Part shown: piece by piece, positions 1 to 13,480 of the stretch
How the letters are laid out: every line of letters starts with the position of its first letter
Numbering within the stretch: the first letter of the stretch is position 1
Assembly: GCA_951406725.2 (NCBI GenBank)
Contig: OX597825.1
Span: 23,126,001 to 23,190,000 of the forward strand
From: Octopus vulgaris
Lineage: Eukaryota
Reading direction: 5' to 3'
Length of the DNA stretch: 64,000 bases
Position numbers and translations under genes: made by a program
The notes under the pieces: model-generated
The model's input: the letters and a program-made list of their open reading frames with translations, nothing else
What the model was told of the DNA's origin: nothing
Database searches by the model: none

Positions 1-18
1 GCTGGTCGTGCTGGTGAT

Positions 19-25
19 AGTAGTG

Positions 26-99
<74 letters not shown>
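19..99. repeat. (GTA)n microsatellite
   Basis: Direct trinucleotide run; explains the poly-Val ORF 8..205. Confidence 0.95.
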
Positions 100-339
100 C
101 AAGAAGCACAACAACGGAGAATATAAAATCATCAGCTCCCCAGCCATTAAACTTAATTGCAAACTAATAGCAAAAATGAATTTGTTATTTCAAACATTTA
201 ATTGATTATTTTAAATAATTTTTTGTATTGAAAAACCAGCATTTACCTACAAAGAATCTGTTATTTTCACTGCATCGATGGTGAGGGCATGGCCGGATAC
301 AGCTTTGCCAAAACGAAGTTGTGGAAACTTCGGCATACC

Positions 340-437
340 TTGTCTTTTATCTTTTACTTGTTTTTCAGCTATTAGACAGCGGCCATGCTGGGGCACGGCT
401 TTGAAGAATTTCTTAGTCGAATGAATCGACGCCAGCC

Positions 438-468
<31 letters not shown>

Positions 469-590
469 TCAAGCCAAGTACTTATTCTATCATTCTCTTC
501 TGTCGTGCCGCTAGGTTACGGAGATGTACACAGAATAGTACCAGTTGCCAAGTGGCAGTGAGGGACAAACACGCATACACACACACACAC
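340..590 (-). mobile_element. SINE family C, 3' part
   Basis: Reverse complement of the tail seen at 8400-8570 and 60340-60520 (cagcatggcc...ctgaaacaagtaaaaga). Confidence 0.75.
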
Positions 591-647
591 ATATACATAC
601 ATACATAGTCCCACACACACACACTGATAGACGCAGACACACTCACT

Positions 648-705
<58 letters not shown>

Positions 706-796
706 TAGATAGATAGATAGAGAGATAGATAGATAGATAGATATGTATGTATATATATATATATATATATATAGATAGATAGATAGATAGATAGAT

Positions 797-1249
<453 letters not shown>

Positions 1250-1267
1250 ACGGATTATTCATATATG

Positions 1268-1299
<32 letters not shown>

Positions 1300-1304
1300 G
1301 CAAT

Positions 1305-1371
<67 letters not shown>

Positions 1372-1580
1372 AAAAGGACGGTTGAGGTTACGTCCTTTAT
1401 AAAGATTTCTAATGTTGATTCTTTATATTTTGCAGTGAATTTACAGGCGTAAATTTGCGAAGATATGAAAGTAGTACTTGTATATAATATATGATGAATT
1501 TATGGAATGAAGTCTCATAAAATTCATCAATTTAGTTAAAAATGGAGGAGACAAGTTATTAAAATATATAAGAAGCTTAA

Positions 1581-1688
1581 TTCTTGCAGACGATCATTTC
1601 GTACAGAGGTGTAATAATAATGTATATTCATGAATGAATTATATTAGATTAGATGAATTAAATATCAACGTACTCTTCAGTGCAAGAA
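1581..1688 (-). ncRNA. Type I hammerhead ribozyme with canonical core
   Basis: Minus strand TTCTTGCA-CTGAAGA-GTAC-(~65 nt)-GTAC-GAAA-T-GATC-G-TC-TGCAAGAA: 8-bp helix I, 4-bp stem II, GUC site. Confidence 0.85.
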
Positions 1689-1817
1689 GTAGAAACCATA
1701 ATACAAGGAACTTAAGAAGGAATATAGCAGAAACATTAGATCTAGGATGTGCATATTTTTTATCCGTATGAGAAAGAGATGTGAGTCCTGTCGGATATTT
1801 AATCATATCTCTCTCTC

Positions 1818-1868
<51 letters not shown>

Positions 1869-1914
1869 ATATATATATATATGGATACATACATATATAT
1901 ATGTGTGTGTGTGT

Positions 1915-2319
1915 GTGAAGTATATTTGCCACCTAAATGTGGCTAACCACTAAGAATGGATGCTACTGTAGCATGTAGCGCCAGAAGAACATCTCCAGTT
2001 GGCTATTGACACACTTTCTGTGCCCTATCAGTATTTGCAAAGGGAAGCTATTCTTCCCATCGTCGACCTGACGTGATACGCACGGCCCCGGGTTTCTGGG
2101 TATTTACCCGTCGTCAGCGCATGACAATCACCGGTCTTTGATGCGAAGGGGTCCCAATGCAAATACATATATCCTTTTTCCAGTGACGAAAAGTCACTGA
2201 TCTCGAAAAAGAGTAAACAAGCAATAATAAATCTCTGAACAATGTCCTCCTGGGGCTACAAGCTACAGTAGCATCCATTCTTAGTGGTTAGCCACATTTA
2301 GGTGGCAAATATACTTCAC
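1915..2319 (-). mobile_element. Element with ~78-bp terminal inverted arms and internal HHR-like motif
   Basis: 1915-1992 is near reverse complement of 2242-2319; minus-strand CTGACGA-CGGGT-AAAT-ACCCA-GAAA-CCCGGG at ~2080-2122. Confidence 0.6.
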
Positions 2320-2375
2320 GATGTGTTGCAGCTACTGTTTATACCTCGTTCAGAGATTTAGTATTGCTTATATTT

Positions 2376-2398
2376 ATGTATGTATGTATGTATGTATG

Positions 2399-2432
<34 letters not shown>

Positions 2433-2865
2433 TGTATGTATGTATGTATGTATGTGTGTGTGTATGTATGTATGTATGTATGTATGTATGTATGTATGTA
2501 TGTATGTGTGTGTGTATGTATGTATGTATGTATGTATGTATGTATGTATGTATGTATGTATGTATGTATGTGTTTATGTATGTATGTATGAATGTATGTA
2601 TGTATGTATGTATGTATGTATGTATGTATGTATGTGTGTATGTATGTATGTATGTGTGTGTGTATGTATGTATGTATGTATGTATGTATGTATGTATGTA
2701 TGTATGTATGTATGTATGTATGTGTGTGTGTATGTATGTATGTATGTATGTATGTATGTATGTATGTATGTATGTATGTATGTATGTATGTATGTATGTA
2801 TGTGTGTGTGTATGTATGTATGTATGTATGTATGTATGTATGTATGTGTGTGTGTATGTATGTAT
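2376..2865. repeat. (TATG)n microsatellite
   Basis: Direct tetranucleotide run with TG interruptions. Confidence 0.95.
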
Positions 2866-2874
2866 GAATATATG

Positions 2875-3059
2875 CACGACGGGCTTGGTTCATTCAGTTT
2901 TCGTTTACCAAATTCACTTTCAACATTGGACAAATGCCTACAACTATCGCCTGAGGCGAGAGTTGTAGGCATTTGTCCAATGTTCCACACAGTGGGACTG
3001 AACCTGGAACCATGTGGTTGGGAAGCAAACTTCTTACTACTCAGCCAAGGTTGCGCCTA
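2875..3059 (-). mobile_element. SINE family C, tRNA-like head
   Basis: Reverse complement of the head at 60134-60300. Confidence 0.75.
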
Positions 3060-3699
3060 TGAAAAAAAAAAGTGATCATCCCAAGCAGAGAAAATCACTT
3101 TCTACAATCGATTAAATCAACCTCAGTACTTCATAAATACACTGGAATTTATTTTTATTGACCCAGATGTATGCGTTATTGGAACGCAGAACTTAAATGG
3201 CGAGACATTCTGTAGCATATGTCAATGATTATATCATAGACAGCAAGAAGGAGAATGGAAAATCTATGCTGGGATCCTCAATGAGACCTTGGTAACTACA
3301 GAGTATTTTCATTTTATTTTCCACTTGTTGCTGTGGCTAAATCCTGGTCAGTCTTGAACCTGCTGACTTTTGGAAGGATACACGTGATAGTTTTAAAATC
3401 TCATCCTATTAGGGTTCACTTCTTATTTTATAATCCTATAAGTCTATTTCTCATCACTGGTTGTGTACCATTTTGTGCCATACTCGAAGAGTATAAGTGT
3501 GTGTGTAGAACAGTTTCATTGAAAGGCATGCATCATGAACATAGCTAGAGTGAACGCCTAATCGTATCTATTATGTTTGCCTCGAATTGGTAATGCTCCT
3601 GTACCCATCTATCCTGGTAGCACTGCCAGACCAGGGATTTCTGGAGGTCATCCACAGTCCCCAAGTTGAAAGTCATCTAGCACAGACATTTTAGCGGCA

Positions 3700-4090
3700 T
3701 CAGGTGTATCTCTCAAAACGTCACCATTCTTGCCTACCGCCCACACTATATAAAATGCAAGGGTTCCCTACCAGCCTCCTGTTGCTCGACTAACAGAGAT
3801 CTGCCTGCAAACGTTTGATATCTTTATAGATGTTTGATGCCTAATATTGACCTTGAGGCATGGCTACAGCGCCGTCGAAAAGACGAGCAACTGGTAAACA
3901 TGCGACCAAAATTCTTTCGATCGAGAAATGCCAACAAAGGCCGCAGCCATATTGCATGCTGGTGCATCTTCAGCTACGACATACAGATCCACTTGTGCAG
4001 GGAACATTAGGAGCAGATGGAGCTTCTGAGCAGTGGGACCCGTTTCTTGTACATGTAGGGCCTCCACATATTTTGAGAACAAGATTTTAG
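3700..4090 (-). pseudogene. Possible highly decayed RTE-like LINE C-terminal fragment
   Basis: GC-richer island; frameshifted minus-strand words (W..Y, LKMHQ..WL, LFDG...YKD.KR) loosely resemble RTE ORF C-termini. Confidence 0.3.
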
Positions 4091-5274
4091 AATAAAATGT
4101 TTTGAGGGAGAATTACAGACAGCCATGTATGCGGGTTTTCAAAAATAGTCTCGATTCCACACTAATGCTTAGTTTGTTCAGGTTATAGTAGATTGGGAAT
4201 GTTTTCTAGTATATTCTAGCAAATCAAAAGCAAACCTGCCAATAAACTTTTTCCGTAGCTTCTATTTCCGTTTGTAGGAAATTGTCTCCTTCCGCCGCTT
4301 ATCACCTTGGACAGGGCATGAACATCACTTGCCTTTCCCATCCACTATAAATCAAACATTAGTATGGAATCAATACTATTTTTATTCTATTAGTTGATAC
4401 AATTTTCAGAGGTGATATACTTGTGTTCAACTAATTGACTATTTTACGAAATCGATTCTTTCCCAAAACAAACTTTTACTTTGACAAATACATATAAATC
4501 ATTATTTTAATTGATGTAACATTTCAAGTTCTTTTCTTTTCTTCCTGTTGTTTTCTTTGATAAAATTTATAGACAAGCTACTCTGCCTAAAAGCAATGCT
4601 AATCGAGATATTTTAGTGTTCCAATATCGTTGATCAATATTAAAGTTAAGAGCAGTGGATGACAGATATAGTAAGTAGTATACCGGATTAAATGCCTCTC
4701 TTCATTTTCTATGTTCTGAGTTCGAATCTCGAAGGGCTGGCTTAGCGTTACATACTGAATCGCAATTTTAAAACGGTGGCTTCAAATCCGGTCGATGTAA
4801 TCGACTATAACCTTGTGGATCGATTTGTGTATATTTGTAGCCAAATTCTAATCAATATTAAAGTGAACATCTTTCGATGACTGAAGCAGCAGAGAGCTGG
4901 GTTAAATGCCATAAGCTATTCTGTGCTCCCTGTTCAAATCACGCTTTTGGGGAAGATAATTAAACAAGTGCTAGTCAGGTACTGAGTATGTTGCAGTGAA
5001 GAAATTCAGTTGGAGAATCTGCCTTCCAAACATTTTTAGCGTATCATAATTCAGTATCAAAGTGATTGCGCCAGGAAGAATAGAAGACAGGTGAAATTAT
5101 TTAAAATGTTTAGTTCTTTTTACTCTTTTTTTCAGTAAAACATGAAATTGGGGATAGTCATAGGGCCTTACAATCTACTCCCTAGCATTTTTACTTTTGC
5201 TTCCAAATCTTTCTTAAACTATCCTTCTATTGAGAGACGACTATCTCAACTACATGGATATTCTTAATCAGAAG

Positions 5275-5460
5275 TGAGCTTGTAGAATTGTTAGCACGCT
5301 GGCCAAAATGCTTAGCGTCATTTCGACCGTCTTTACATTCTGAGTTTAAATTCCGCCAAGGTCCACTTTGACTTTCATTCCTTCGGGGGTCAATAGTCAA
5401 TATTTAAGTACCAGTTGAACGCTGGGGTCGACGTAATCGTCTTACCCCTTTTACCGAAAT
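5275..5460 (+). mobile_element. SINE family B, old copy
   Basis: gagcttgtagaattgttagcacgc...ttcattccttcgggggtc...aagtaccag, diverged relative of the young copies. Confidence 0.75.
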
Positions 5461-5552
5461 TGCTGAACATTTCATACCAATATTATCGTTGTTAATGTTG
5501 TTGTTGTTCTTCTTCTTCTTCTTGTTCTAATTGCTGTTGTTGTAGTTGTGTG

Positions 5553-5940
5553 TGGAGGCGCAATGGCCCAGTGGTTAGGGCAGCGGACTTGCGGTTGTTG
5601 GATCGCGGTTTCGATTCCCAGACCGGGCGTTGTGAGTTTTTATTGAGCGAAAACACCTAAAGCTCCACGAGGCTCCGGCAGGGATGGTGGTGATCCCTGC
5701 TGTACTCTTTCACCACAACTTTCTCTCACTCTTACTTCCTGTTTCTGTTGTACCTGTATTTCAAAGGGCCGGCCTTGTCACTCTCTGTGTCACGCTGAAT
5801 ATCCCCGAGAACTACGTTAAGGGTACACGTGTCTGTGGAGTACTCAACCACTTACACGTTAATTTCACGAGCAGGCTGTTCCGTTGATGGGATCAACCGG
5901 AACCCTCGTCGTCGTAACCGACGGAGTGCTCCCCTCCCCC
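5553..5940 (+). mobile_element. SINE family A (tRNA-derived head GGAGGCGCAATGG)
   Basis: A box TGGCCCAGTGG, B box GGTTTCGATTCC; target-site duplication tgttgtagttgt; near-identical to 25145-25527. Confidence 0.9.
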
Positions 5941-6469
5941 TGTTGTAGTTGTTGTTATTGTTATTGTTGCTGTTGCTATTGTCGTTCCGGCTGTATTATT
6001 CTTCAATCCTCTCTACAACACAAGACTTCCAAGGGGCTTCCATTGGCTATTTCAATTCACATTTATATTTAGTCGTTACGACATTTGCAAAAGATTTTGT
6101 AGACAGTCTTAATTCACTTATATTTTTAGCTGTGCCAACATTTCCAACACCTACCTAAATCAATACAAACTAACACAAGAATGATTTAGTGAGAAATAGT
6201 TCTATATTGGCGCATGTTGCCAACTGAACATCTAAATGTACAAACCTATATCTGTTGGATAGAAAAACAAAGTAAATAAGAGAAACGAATATTCAGAAAC
6301 AAATTTGGAAGAGCATTATGAAAGAAAGATATCATTTATTATGAAAAGACAATTATATTGTTATCGAAGTATTGGATTTCCGACATTTTTCGTAGTTCCA
6401 AAAACATAAAACGCCAATCACAATGAACAAGAATTTTTATGCACGAAACCTAAAATCAATCTTTTACCA

Positions 6470-6552
6470 TCATCATCAACATCACCTTCATCATCATCAT
6501 CATGACCATCACCTTCAAAATCATCTTCATTATTATTATTATCATTATTATC

Positions 6553-6583
<31 letters not shown>

Positions 6584-6666
6584 TTATTGTTATTACTATT
6601 ATTATTATTATTATTATTATTATTATCATTATCGTCATTATTTATTATTATCATTATCATTATTGC

Positions 6667-6706
<40 letters not shown>

Positions 6707-6908
6707 GTTATTATTATCATTATTATTATTATTATTATTATTATACAAATAAATGCGATATATACGTATGCACATATGCATATATGTACACGCACACATA
6801 TACATATGTATGTGTGTATATATATATATATGTATATATATAATGTGTGTGTGTATATATATATATATATGTAAATATATATATGTGTGTGTATATATGT
6901 ATTGTTTG

Positions 6909-6972
<64 letters not shown>

Positions 6973-6974
6973 AA

Positions 6975-7010
<36 letters not shown>
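6470..7010. repeat. Compound (CAT)/(TAT)n, (TA)n and (TG)n microsatellite
   Basis: Direct. Confidence 0.9.
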
Positions 7011-7012
<2 letters not shown>

Positions 7013-7894
7013 TGTTTACTATATGTATATATACATCTATTTATTTAAAAGATTTCCTGTGTTTTGACTATATAGTTTCGTTTTTGCTATTTATTGGTTT
7101 GATTCTTTGTTGTTTGATTAAACTAAAAACACTTCAATCATTTACTTTCGTGCGACTAGATTTCATCCCGCAAGTATAAACTTTATATTAGTTTCCAGTT
7201 ATCTTCGAAGCTTCATATACGGTGTTATTATTAAATTTCTGTGATTCTGCCAGCCTCGTTTCTCTTGATACACATGTTGTATCCAGCTTCGATTTCTTAT
7301 GCAGTGTATTTATCAATATTTTACTTGACATTTGTTTCGCTCATTAAACGGCAGCCATGCAGGAGATCTATTTTCAAGGGTTTTATATAGTCCAAAAAAT
7401 CGATCTCAGTACATATTTTTAAAGCCTGGTTCATATTTTATAAACTTCTGCCGAAGACCTTATTTTTAGATATGGCCGTTAAGATCTATAATGTTTTCAT
7501 TGTAGATTTCGTCAACTTTATATAAAACCTGCAAAATTATGGGAAGATAAGCGCGCTGGCACCGATTGTCAAGCGGTGGTGGAAGGACAAACACAGACGC
7601 AGACACGATAGTAGGCTTCTCATTCGAGGTACGATCACGTTTCTGATCCATAATGACACTTAAATTGAGCACCTGCCTAATAACTGCAGAAATGTTGCTG
7701 CTACACGACAATGCCCGCCACTTGCTTTCTTCTGCGCAGATCCGATTTGTTTTAACGGAATGTGTGCAGATATGTGGCGCCAATAGTCAGTGGAAAAACA
7801 ACTGGTTTTGAACGAATAAACATTTATTTATTGAGGGAAGATTGATTTGCCTCATAATGTGGGACGCAGTGTGTGTGTGTTTATACATATATAC

Positions 7895-8073
7895 TTTTTC
7901 CCCTGTCTTCCCTTCTCGGGATCTTTCCTTCTCCTATATTTCCGACGAAGAGCTCCGCTCGAAACGTTGAACCCTCCTTCTTCCCTTCCTTCCTGAGCGT
8001 CCAATAATACTATATTTGTTCCACGTCCTCGCGTTGTTGAGTTTTCTCTTTGTGTTTTCATATTTGGATTAAC
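7895..8073 (+). mobile_element. Short HHR-bearing element running into (TA)n
   Basis: TTT-CCGACGA-A-GAGC-TCC-GCTC-GAAA-CG-TT-GAA at 7939-7971; layout like the 10749/27127/46484 family. Confidence 0.6.
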
Positions 8074-8090
8074 TATATATATATATATAA

Positions 8091-8130
<40 letters not shown>

Positions 8131-8149
8131 ATATATATGTATGTATGTA

Positions 8150-8610
8150 TATATGTGTGTCTGTGTTTGCCCCTCCCCCACACCCACCATTGCTTGACAA
8201 CCGATGTTGGTGTGTTTACGTCCCCGTAACCTAGCGGTTCGGCAAAAGAGAGATAGAATAAGTACTAAGCTTACAAAAAAATAAGTCCTGGGTCGATTTG
8301 TTCGACTATAGGCGAATAAAATAATATATATAAATAAATATATATATATATGTGTGTGTGTATATGTTTGTGTGTCTGTGTTTGTCCCTCCAACACCGCT
8401 TGACAACCGATTCTGGTATGTTTACATTCCCATAACCTAGCGGTTCGGCAAAAGAGACCAATAGCATAAGTACTAGGCTTACTAAGAATAAGTCCTGGGG
8501 TCGATGTGTTCGATTAAAGGCGGTGTTCCAGCATGGCTACAGTCAAATGACTGAAACGAGTAAAAGAGTATATGTATGTGAGTGTGTATGTATAAGAGTA
8601 AAAGAGTAAA
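8150..8610 (+). mobile_element. SINE family C 3' parts, tandemly duplicated
   Basis: Two copies of cttgacaaccgat...cggttcggcaaaagaga...aataagtcctgg; final tail ctgaaacgagtaaaaga. Confidence 0.8.
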
Positions 8611-8614
8611 GAGA

Positions 8615-8862
8615 TATGTATGTATGCATGTATGTGTGTATGTATGTATGTATGTATCTATGTATCTATGTATGTGTGTATGTATGTATGCATGTATGTA
8701 TATATGTATGTATGTATATATGTATGCATGTATGTATGTATGTATGTATATATGTATGTATATATGTATGCATGTATGCATGTATGCATGTATGCATGTA
8801 TATATGTATGCATGTATGTATGTATGTATGTATGTATGTATGTATGTATGTATGTATGTATG

Positions 8863-8896
<34 letters not shown>

Positions 8897-9310
8897 TGTA
8901 TGCATGTATGTGTGTATGTATGTATGTATGCATGTATGTATATATGTATGTATGTATATATGTATGCATGTATGTATGTATGTATGTATATATGTATGTA
9001 TATATGTATGCATGTATGTATGCATGTATGCATGTATATATATATGCATGTATGTATGTATGTATGTATGTATGTACGTATTTATGTATGTATGTGTGTA
9101 TGTATGTATATATGTATGCATGTATGTATGTATGTATGCATGTGTGTATGTATGTATGTATGTATGCATGTATGTATATATGTATGTATGTATATATGTA
9201 TATATGTATATATATATGTATGTATGTATATATGTATGCATGTATGTATGTATGTATGTATATATGTATGCATGTATGTATGTATGTATGTATGTATGTG
9301 TGTATGTATG

Positions 9311-9344
<34 letters not shown>

Positions 9345-9405
9345 TGTATGTATGTATGTATGTATGTATGTATGTATGTATGTATGTATGTATGTATGTA
9401 TGTGT
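8615..9405. repeat. (TATG)n-type microsatellite with higher-order variant blocks
   Basis: Direct; source of several MYVC ORFs. Confidence 0.95.
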
Positions 9406-9419
9406 TAATGTATTCGACA

Positions 9420-9575
9420 TGCTTTTTTTACTTTCCGCCGACCAACTCCAGTCACAATTCTTTGGCCGGCCCGAAGCCTATAATAGAAGATATTTGTCCA
9501 ACGCGCGGTGCAGTTGGATTGAACTCGGAACCGTGTGGTTGGGAAGCAAACTTCCACCCACATAGTCACGCTTGT
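9420..9575 (-). mobile_element. SINE family C head, diverged
   Basis: gaactcggaaccgtgtggttgggaagcaaactt matches 3000-3035. Confidence 0.65.
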
Positions 9576-10179
9576 TCGCGGTAATTACGTTCGTTAGTCC
9601 GATATCTCGCTTCGTTTGCGTTCTGAGTAGAAATCTTGCCTGCATCAAAATCTTCCTTTCTTTCATTGAACTTTCCAGGTCAATAAACTACGAACCATTT
9701 CAATGCGGTTCAACTAATTAACTAAACAATAATTTCTCTCGATTTAAACTCTTGTGCAACTAATAGAAATAACCATTATCATTGTTGCGCTTGTTGACTA
9801 CGACGACGACGACGAAGAGAAGGAGGAGCAGGAGGAGCAGGAAGAGCAGGAGGAGCAGGAGGAGCAGGAAGAGCAGGAGGAGCAGGAGGAGCAGGAGGAG
9901 GAGGTTTAAGGCAAGTGAACGTCGTCAACACAGCTCCAGAGAAAGTTGGTTATGTCAAGGTTTATTTCATCTGATGAAAAGGGATTGTTTCGATTTGTTT
10001 TCCCTTATTTTATTCATTCATGTATTTATTTATTTGCTTTTGTTCGGTCAACGAGGGACTTTGACACGTTTAAGTGACAGCTTCGTTAGTTTGAGGTCGA
10101 ACAAGTTAATGGTGTTTGTACGGAGAGCTTTCCTCTCACACGCATGTACGCATTCACACACAGATGGATGGATGGATAA

Positions 10180-10245
<66 letters not shown>

Positions 10246-10270
10246 GGATGGATGGATGGATGGATGGATG

Positions 10271-10343
<73 letters not shown>

Positions 10344-10360
10344 GTAGGTACGTAGGTAGG

Positions 10361-10487
<127 letters not shown>

Positions 10488-10719
10488 ATAAACAGACATA
10501 CAGACAGATACATGCATACATATTTACGTACATACATGCATTCATTCATGCATACATATATACGTACATACATACATACATACATACGTACATACATACA
10601 TGTATGTACATGAATGTATGCGTATGTTTTATGCAATTGCATGTATATGTGTAATTATATACGTGTAAACGCATGTATATAAATGTGTGTGGATATAGAT
10701 ACTCTCTCTCTCTCTATTT

Positions 10720-10878
10720 ATACTCTGTCTGCTTATTTTCTCTTATTCCTTTCTGTTGAAGAGCGTAGGCTCGAAAGCTAAAAGACTTTCTCACTTTCCC
10801 GAGCGTCAATCTAATAAGTATGTTTGTTGTGATTACAGTTGTCTTCGTCTTTTGTTTTCCTGTAAGTTTCAACTATCA
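10720..10878 (+). mobile_element. HHR element family H1, copy
   Basis: CTTT-CTGTTGA-A-GAGC-GTAG-GCTC-GAAA-GC-TA-AAAG at 10749-10784, then cccgagcgt...gtcttcgtcttttg, then (TA)n. Confidence 0.7.
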
Positions 10879-11177
10879 TATATATATGTGTGTTTGTGTA
10901 TGTATGTGTGTGTGTGTGTGTGTGTGTTTTGTGTGTGTGTCTGTACGTATATATATATGTACGTATATATATATATATATGTTGGATTGTTCGCTTAGCC
11001 AGCGGGGTATCGTCATTTGAATGCTAAAACAATGCGAAGCGCATTGTGACCAGTGATGTGTAGCAACATCTGATAGCCTGGTGATCACGGTGATATATAT
11101 ATGTATGTATATATGTACATACACACGTATATATGTATATACATATGTGTGTGTGTGTGTGTGCATATATATATATA

Positions 11178-11228
<51 letters not shown>

Positions 11229-11845
11229 ATATATGTATACAGATCTATGTACATATCTATATAGCTATACATATATATATGTACATACATACTTATATCC
11301 ATATATACATACATATATTTCTATAAATATTTATTCGTATTCTAGCATGGCTTCTTTTGAAGTGTTTGGAATATATGCTTGTCACAAACCTGGCATCAAT
11401 AAGTCTCTTGTTGACGATGAGACGACGACGACGACGACGACGATGATGATGATGATGGTGATGGTGATGGTGGTGGTGGTGGTGGTGGTAGTGGTGGTGG
11501 TGGGGGTGATGCTGAGGAGGAGGAGGAGGAGGAGGAGGTTTACGGCAAGTGAATGTCAGCAGCACACAGCTCCGGAGAAATTAGATTATGGCAGTATTTA
11601 CTTGATGGAAACGAATTGTTTCGATTTCGATAGAAATCTACAAATTAATGGAAAGGTCAAACAGGAAAAAGAATTATATAACGATTCAAATGGATACATA
11701 GAATTATGAAGACTGTAACAAATACAAATACAAACACAAGTCGCGATGTATGTAATAAGTTTAACGAGAAATGTAACTGTTTCTTCTTCATGGACATTTT
11801 CTTAGAATATTAGGAATAGCAGGCAGATATAGTGGACGATGAGCA

Positions 11846-12065
11846 AAAGTCTTCAGAAATCGCTATATTTTCGACTCTGGGCCCTCTCTCGTGTTTCTAT
11901 CCAGTTGAATTCTGCTGGTTTAGTTTTGACTCAGTGTCCCAGACGTTTCCCAGACGTTTCCCAGAGATGAACAAAGGTCTTCAGAAACCGCTGCATTTTC
12001 GACTCTGGGCCCACTTTCGTGTTTCTATCTAATTGGATTCTGCAGCTTTAGTTTCGACTCAGTGT
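11846..12065. repeat. Tandem duplication, period ~127 bp
   Basis: gtcttcagaaa...ttttcgactctgggccc...gactcagtgt occurs twice; internal cccagacgttt x2. Confidence 0.8.
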
Positions 12066-12776
12066 ACTGCGTTTGCCATCTATATTTCTGTAACTTTGCT
12101 TTTATTAAGATGCATTATTGACCCTATACAAATATATTTTTACTTCTGGAAAGAGATGGTCCATGTAAGACTGGCCTCTATACTTTGATCTGTCCAGTAT
12201 GGGAAGCCAAAGAAGGAGCTTGTACCCTACCGGCATACCTCACAGAACCACAGAAGCCCACAAGCTCCCACCACGCAACAAGGACCGGAACTTGTAGTGG
12301 TTATACACAGATCACCGTTGTGTAATTTCATGTACTGTGATTGAGTATTTTATTTAGAATTTGAAATATTTATCAAAACCGGAAGCTGTTCCGTAACCAG
12401 AGTTCTTAATTTCTCTTGGTAAATTCTATGCCAATTATTTTGGAGCATCTTGTGGCATATCATTTTATCTCTCAAATATTTCCTAACTAATTGTACACAA
12501 ATAACGTGCTAGGGGTTCCCGTTCTATGTGTTGCTCTTAAGTAAGTAATGTCTCGTTATGTCTTCCAATTGTTAGTTGTATTTTATTTGCTCTCATTTAT
12601 TTATTTCCCTTCAAATTCATTATTTAGATTTAAGGAATATTTTACGATCTTTTTTAGTTCGACTTATCAGGTGTGTCATCGACAAGAACTCTTGTTATTT
12701 CTGAGAGTTTTTCTTTGATATAATAAGTTGTTACAATATTCCATCAACTTTTGGAACCTATTTTCCGCCTTCCATA

Positions 12777-12865
<89 letters not shown>

Positions 12866-12883
12866 TGCGTGTATATGTGTATA

Positions 12884-13099
12884 CACACACATAAAGAACA
12901 GATTCGTTTTCCTCAAAACTGGCAGATAGCCCTGAGCGAACATATCAACAGATGCGCAAGAAATAAGACGCCGAATTTCTATATCTTTCCATTATACCAA
13001 TGCAAAGATTCAATCTCCTTACAAGAACACCTAAACAAGGAAAAGCTGTTCATACAAAAGTGCAGACCACACCTTACTATACAAACTTCACCACTTTAA
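12884..13099 (+). pseudogene. Penelope-like element: GIY-YIG endonuclease C-terminal remnant
   Basis: HKEQIR...LSEHINRC...FYIFPLY...[16 protein letters not shown] fits the H..H..F.IFP..E..FI...P.LN pattern of PLE endonucleases; 5'-truncated at (TG)n. Confidence 0.7.
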
Positions 13100-13410
13100 A
13101 GAAACATACTGCGTTAGTTGTCACCCTTGCCACCTGCTACCTCCCTTGGTCCACTCTCTAGACTCATTCTTATTTTTCAAGCATTCAAAATGACGAGATC
13201 CCTTTGTCACAAGAATTGATTACTTCACGACGTCCCTTGAAAATTTAATATAAATAGCGAACACCGGTTAGATATTACTACATCCATAAGATATGTATAT
13301 ATTTTTTTAAATTTCTTTATAATAAGATATTAAACTATGCTAAACGAAGGCATTTCTCTTCCACTTTTTATATATATTTTCCACGTATTTTCAACCTCTC
13401 TCTCTCTCTC

Positions 13411-13480
<70 letters not shown>

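Noticed and set aside
7690-7725. LLLHDNARH mariner-like peptide
   Set aside because: Too short, with no supporting flanks
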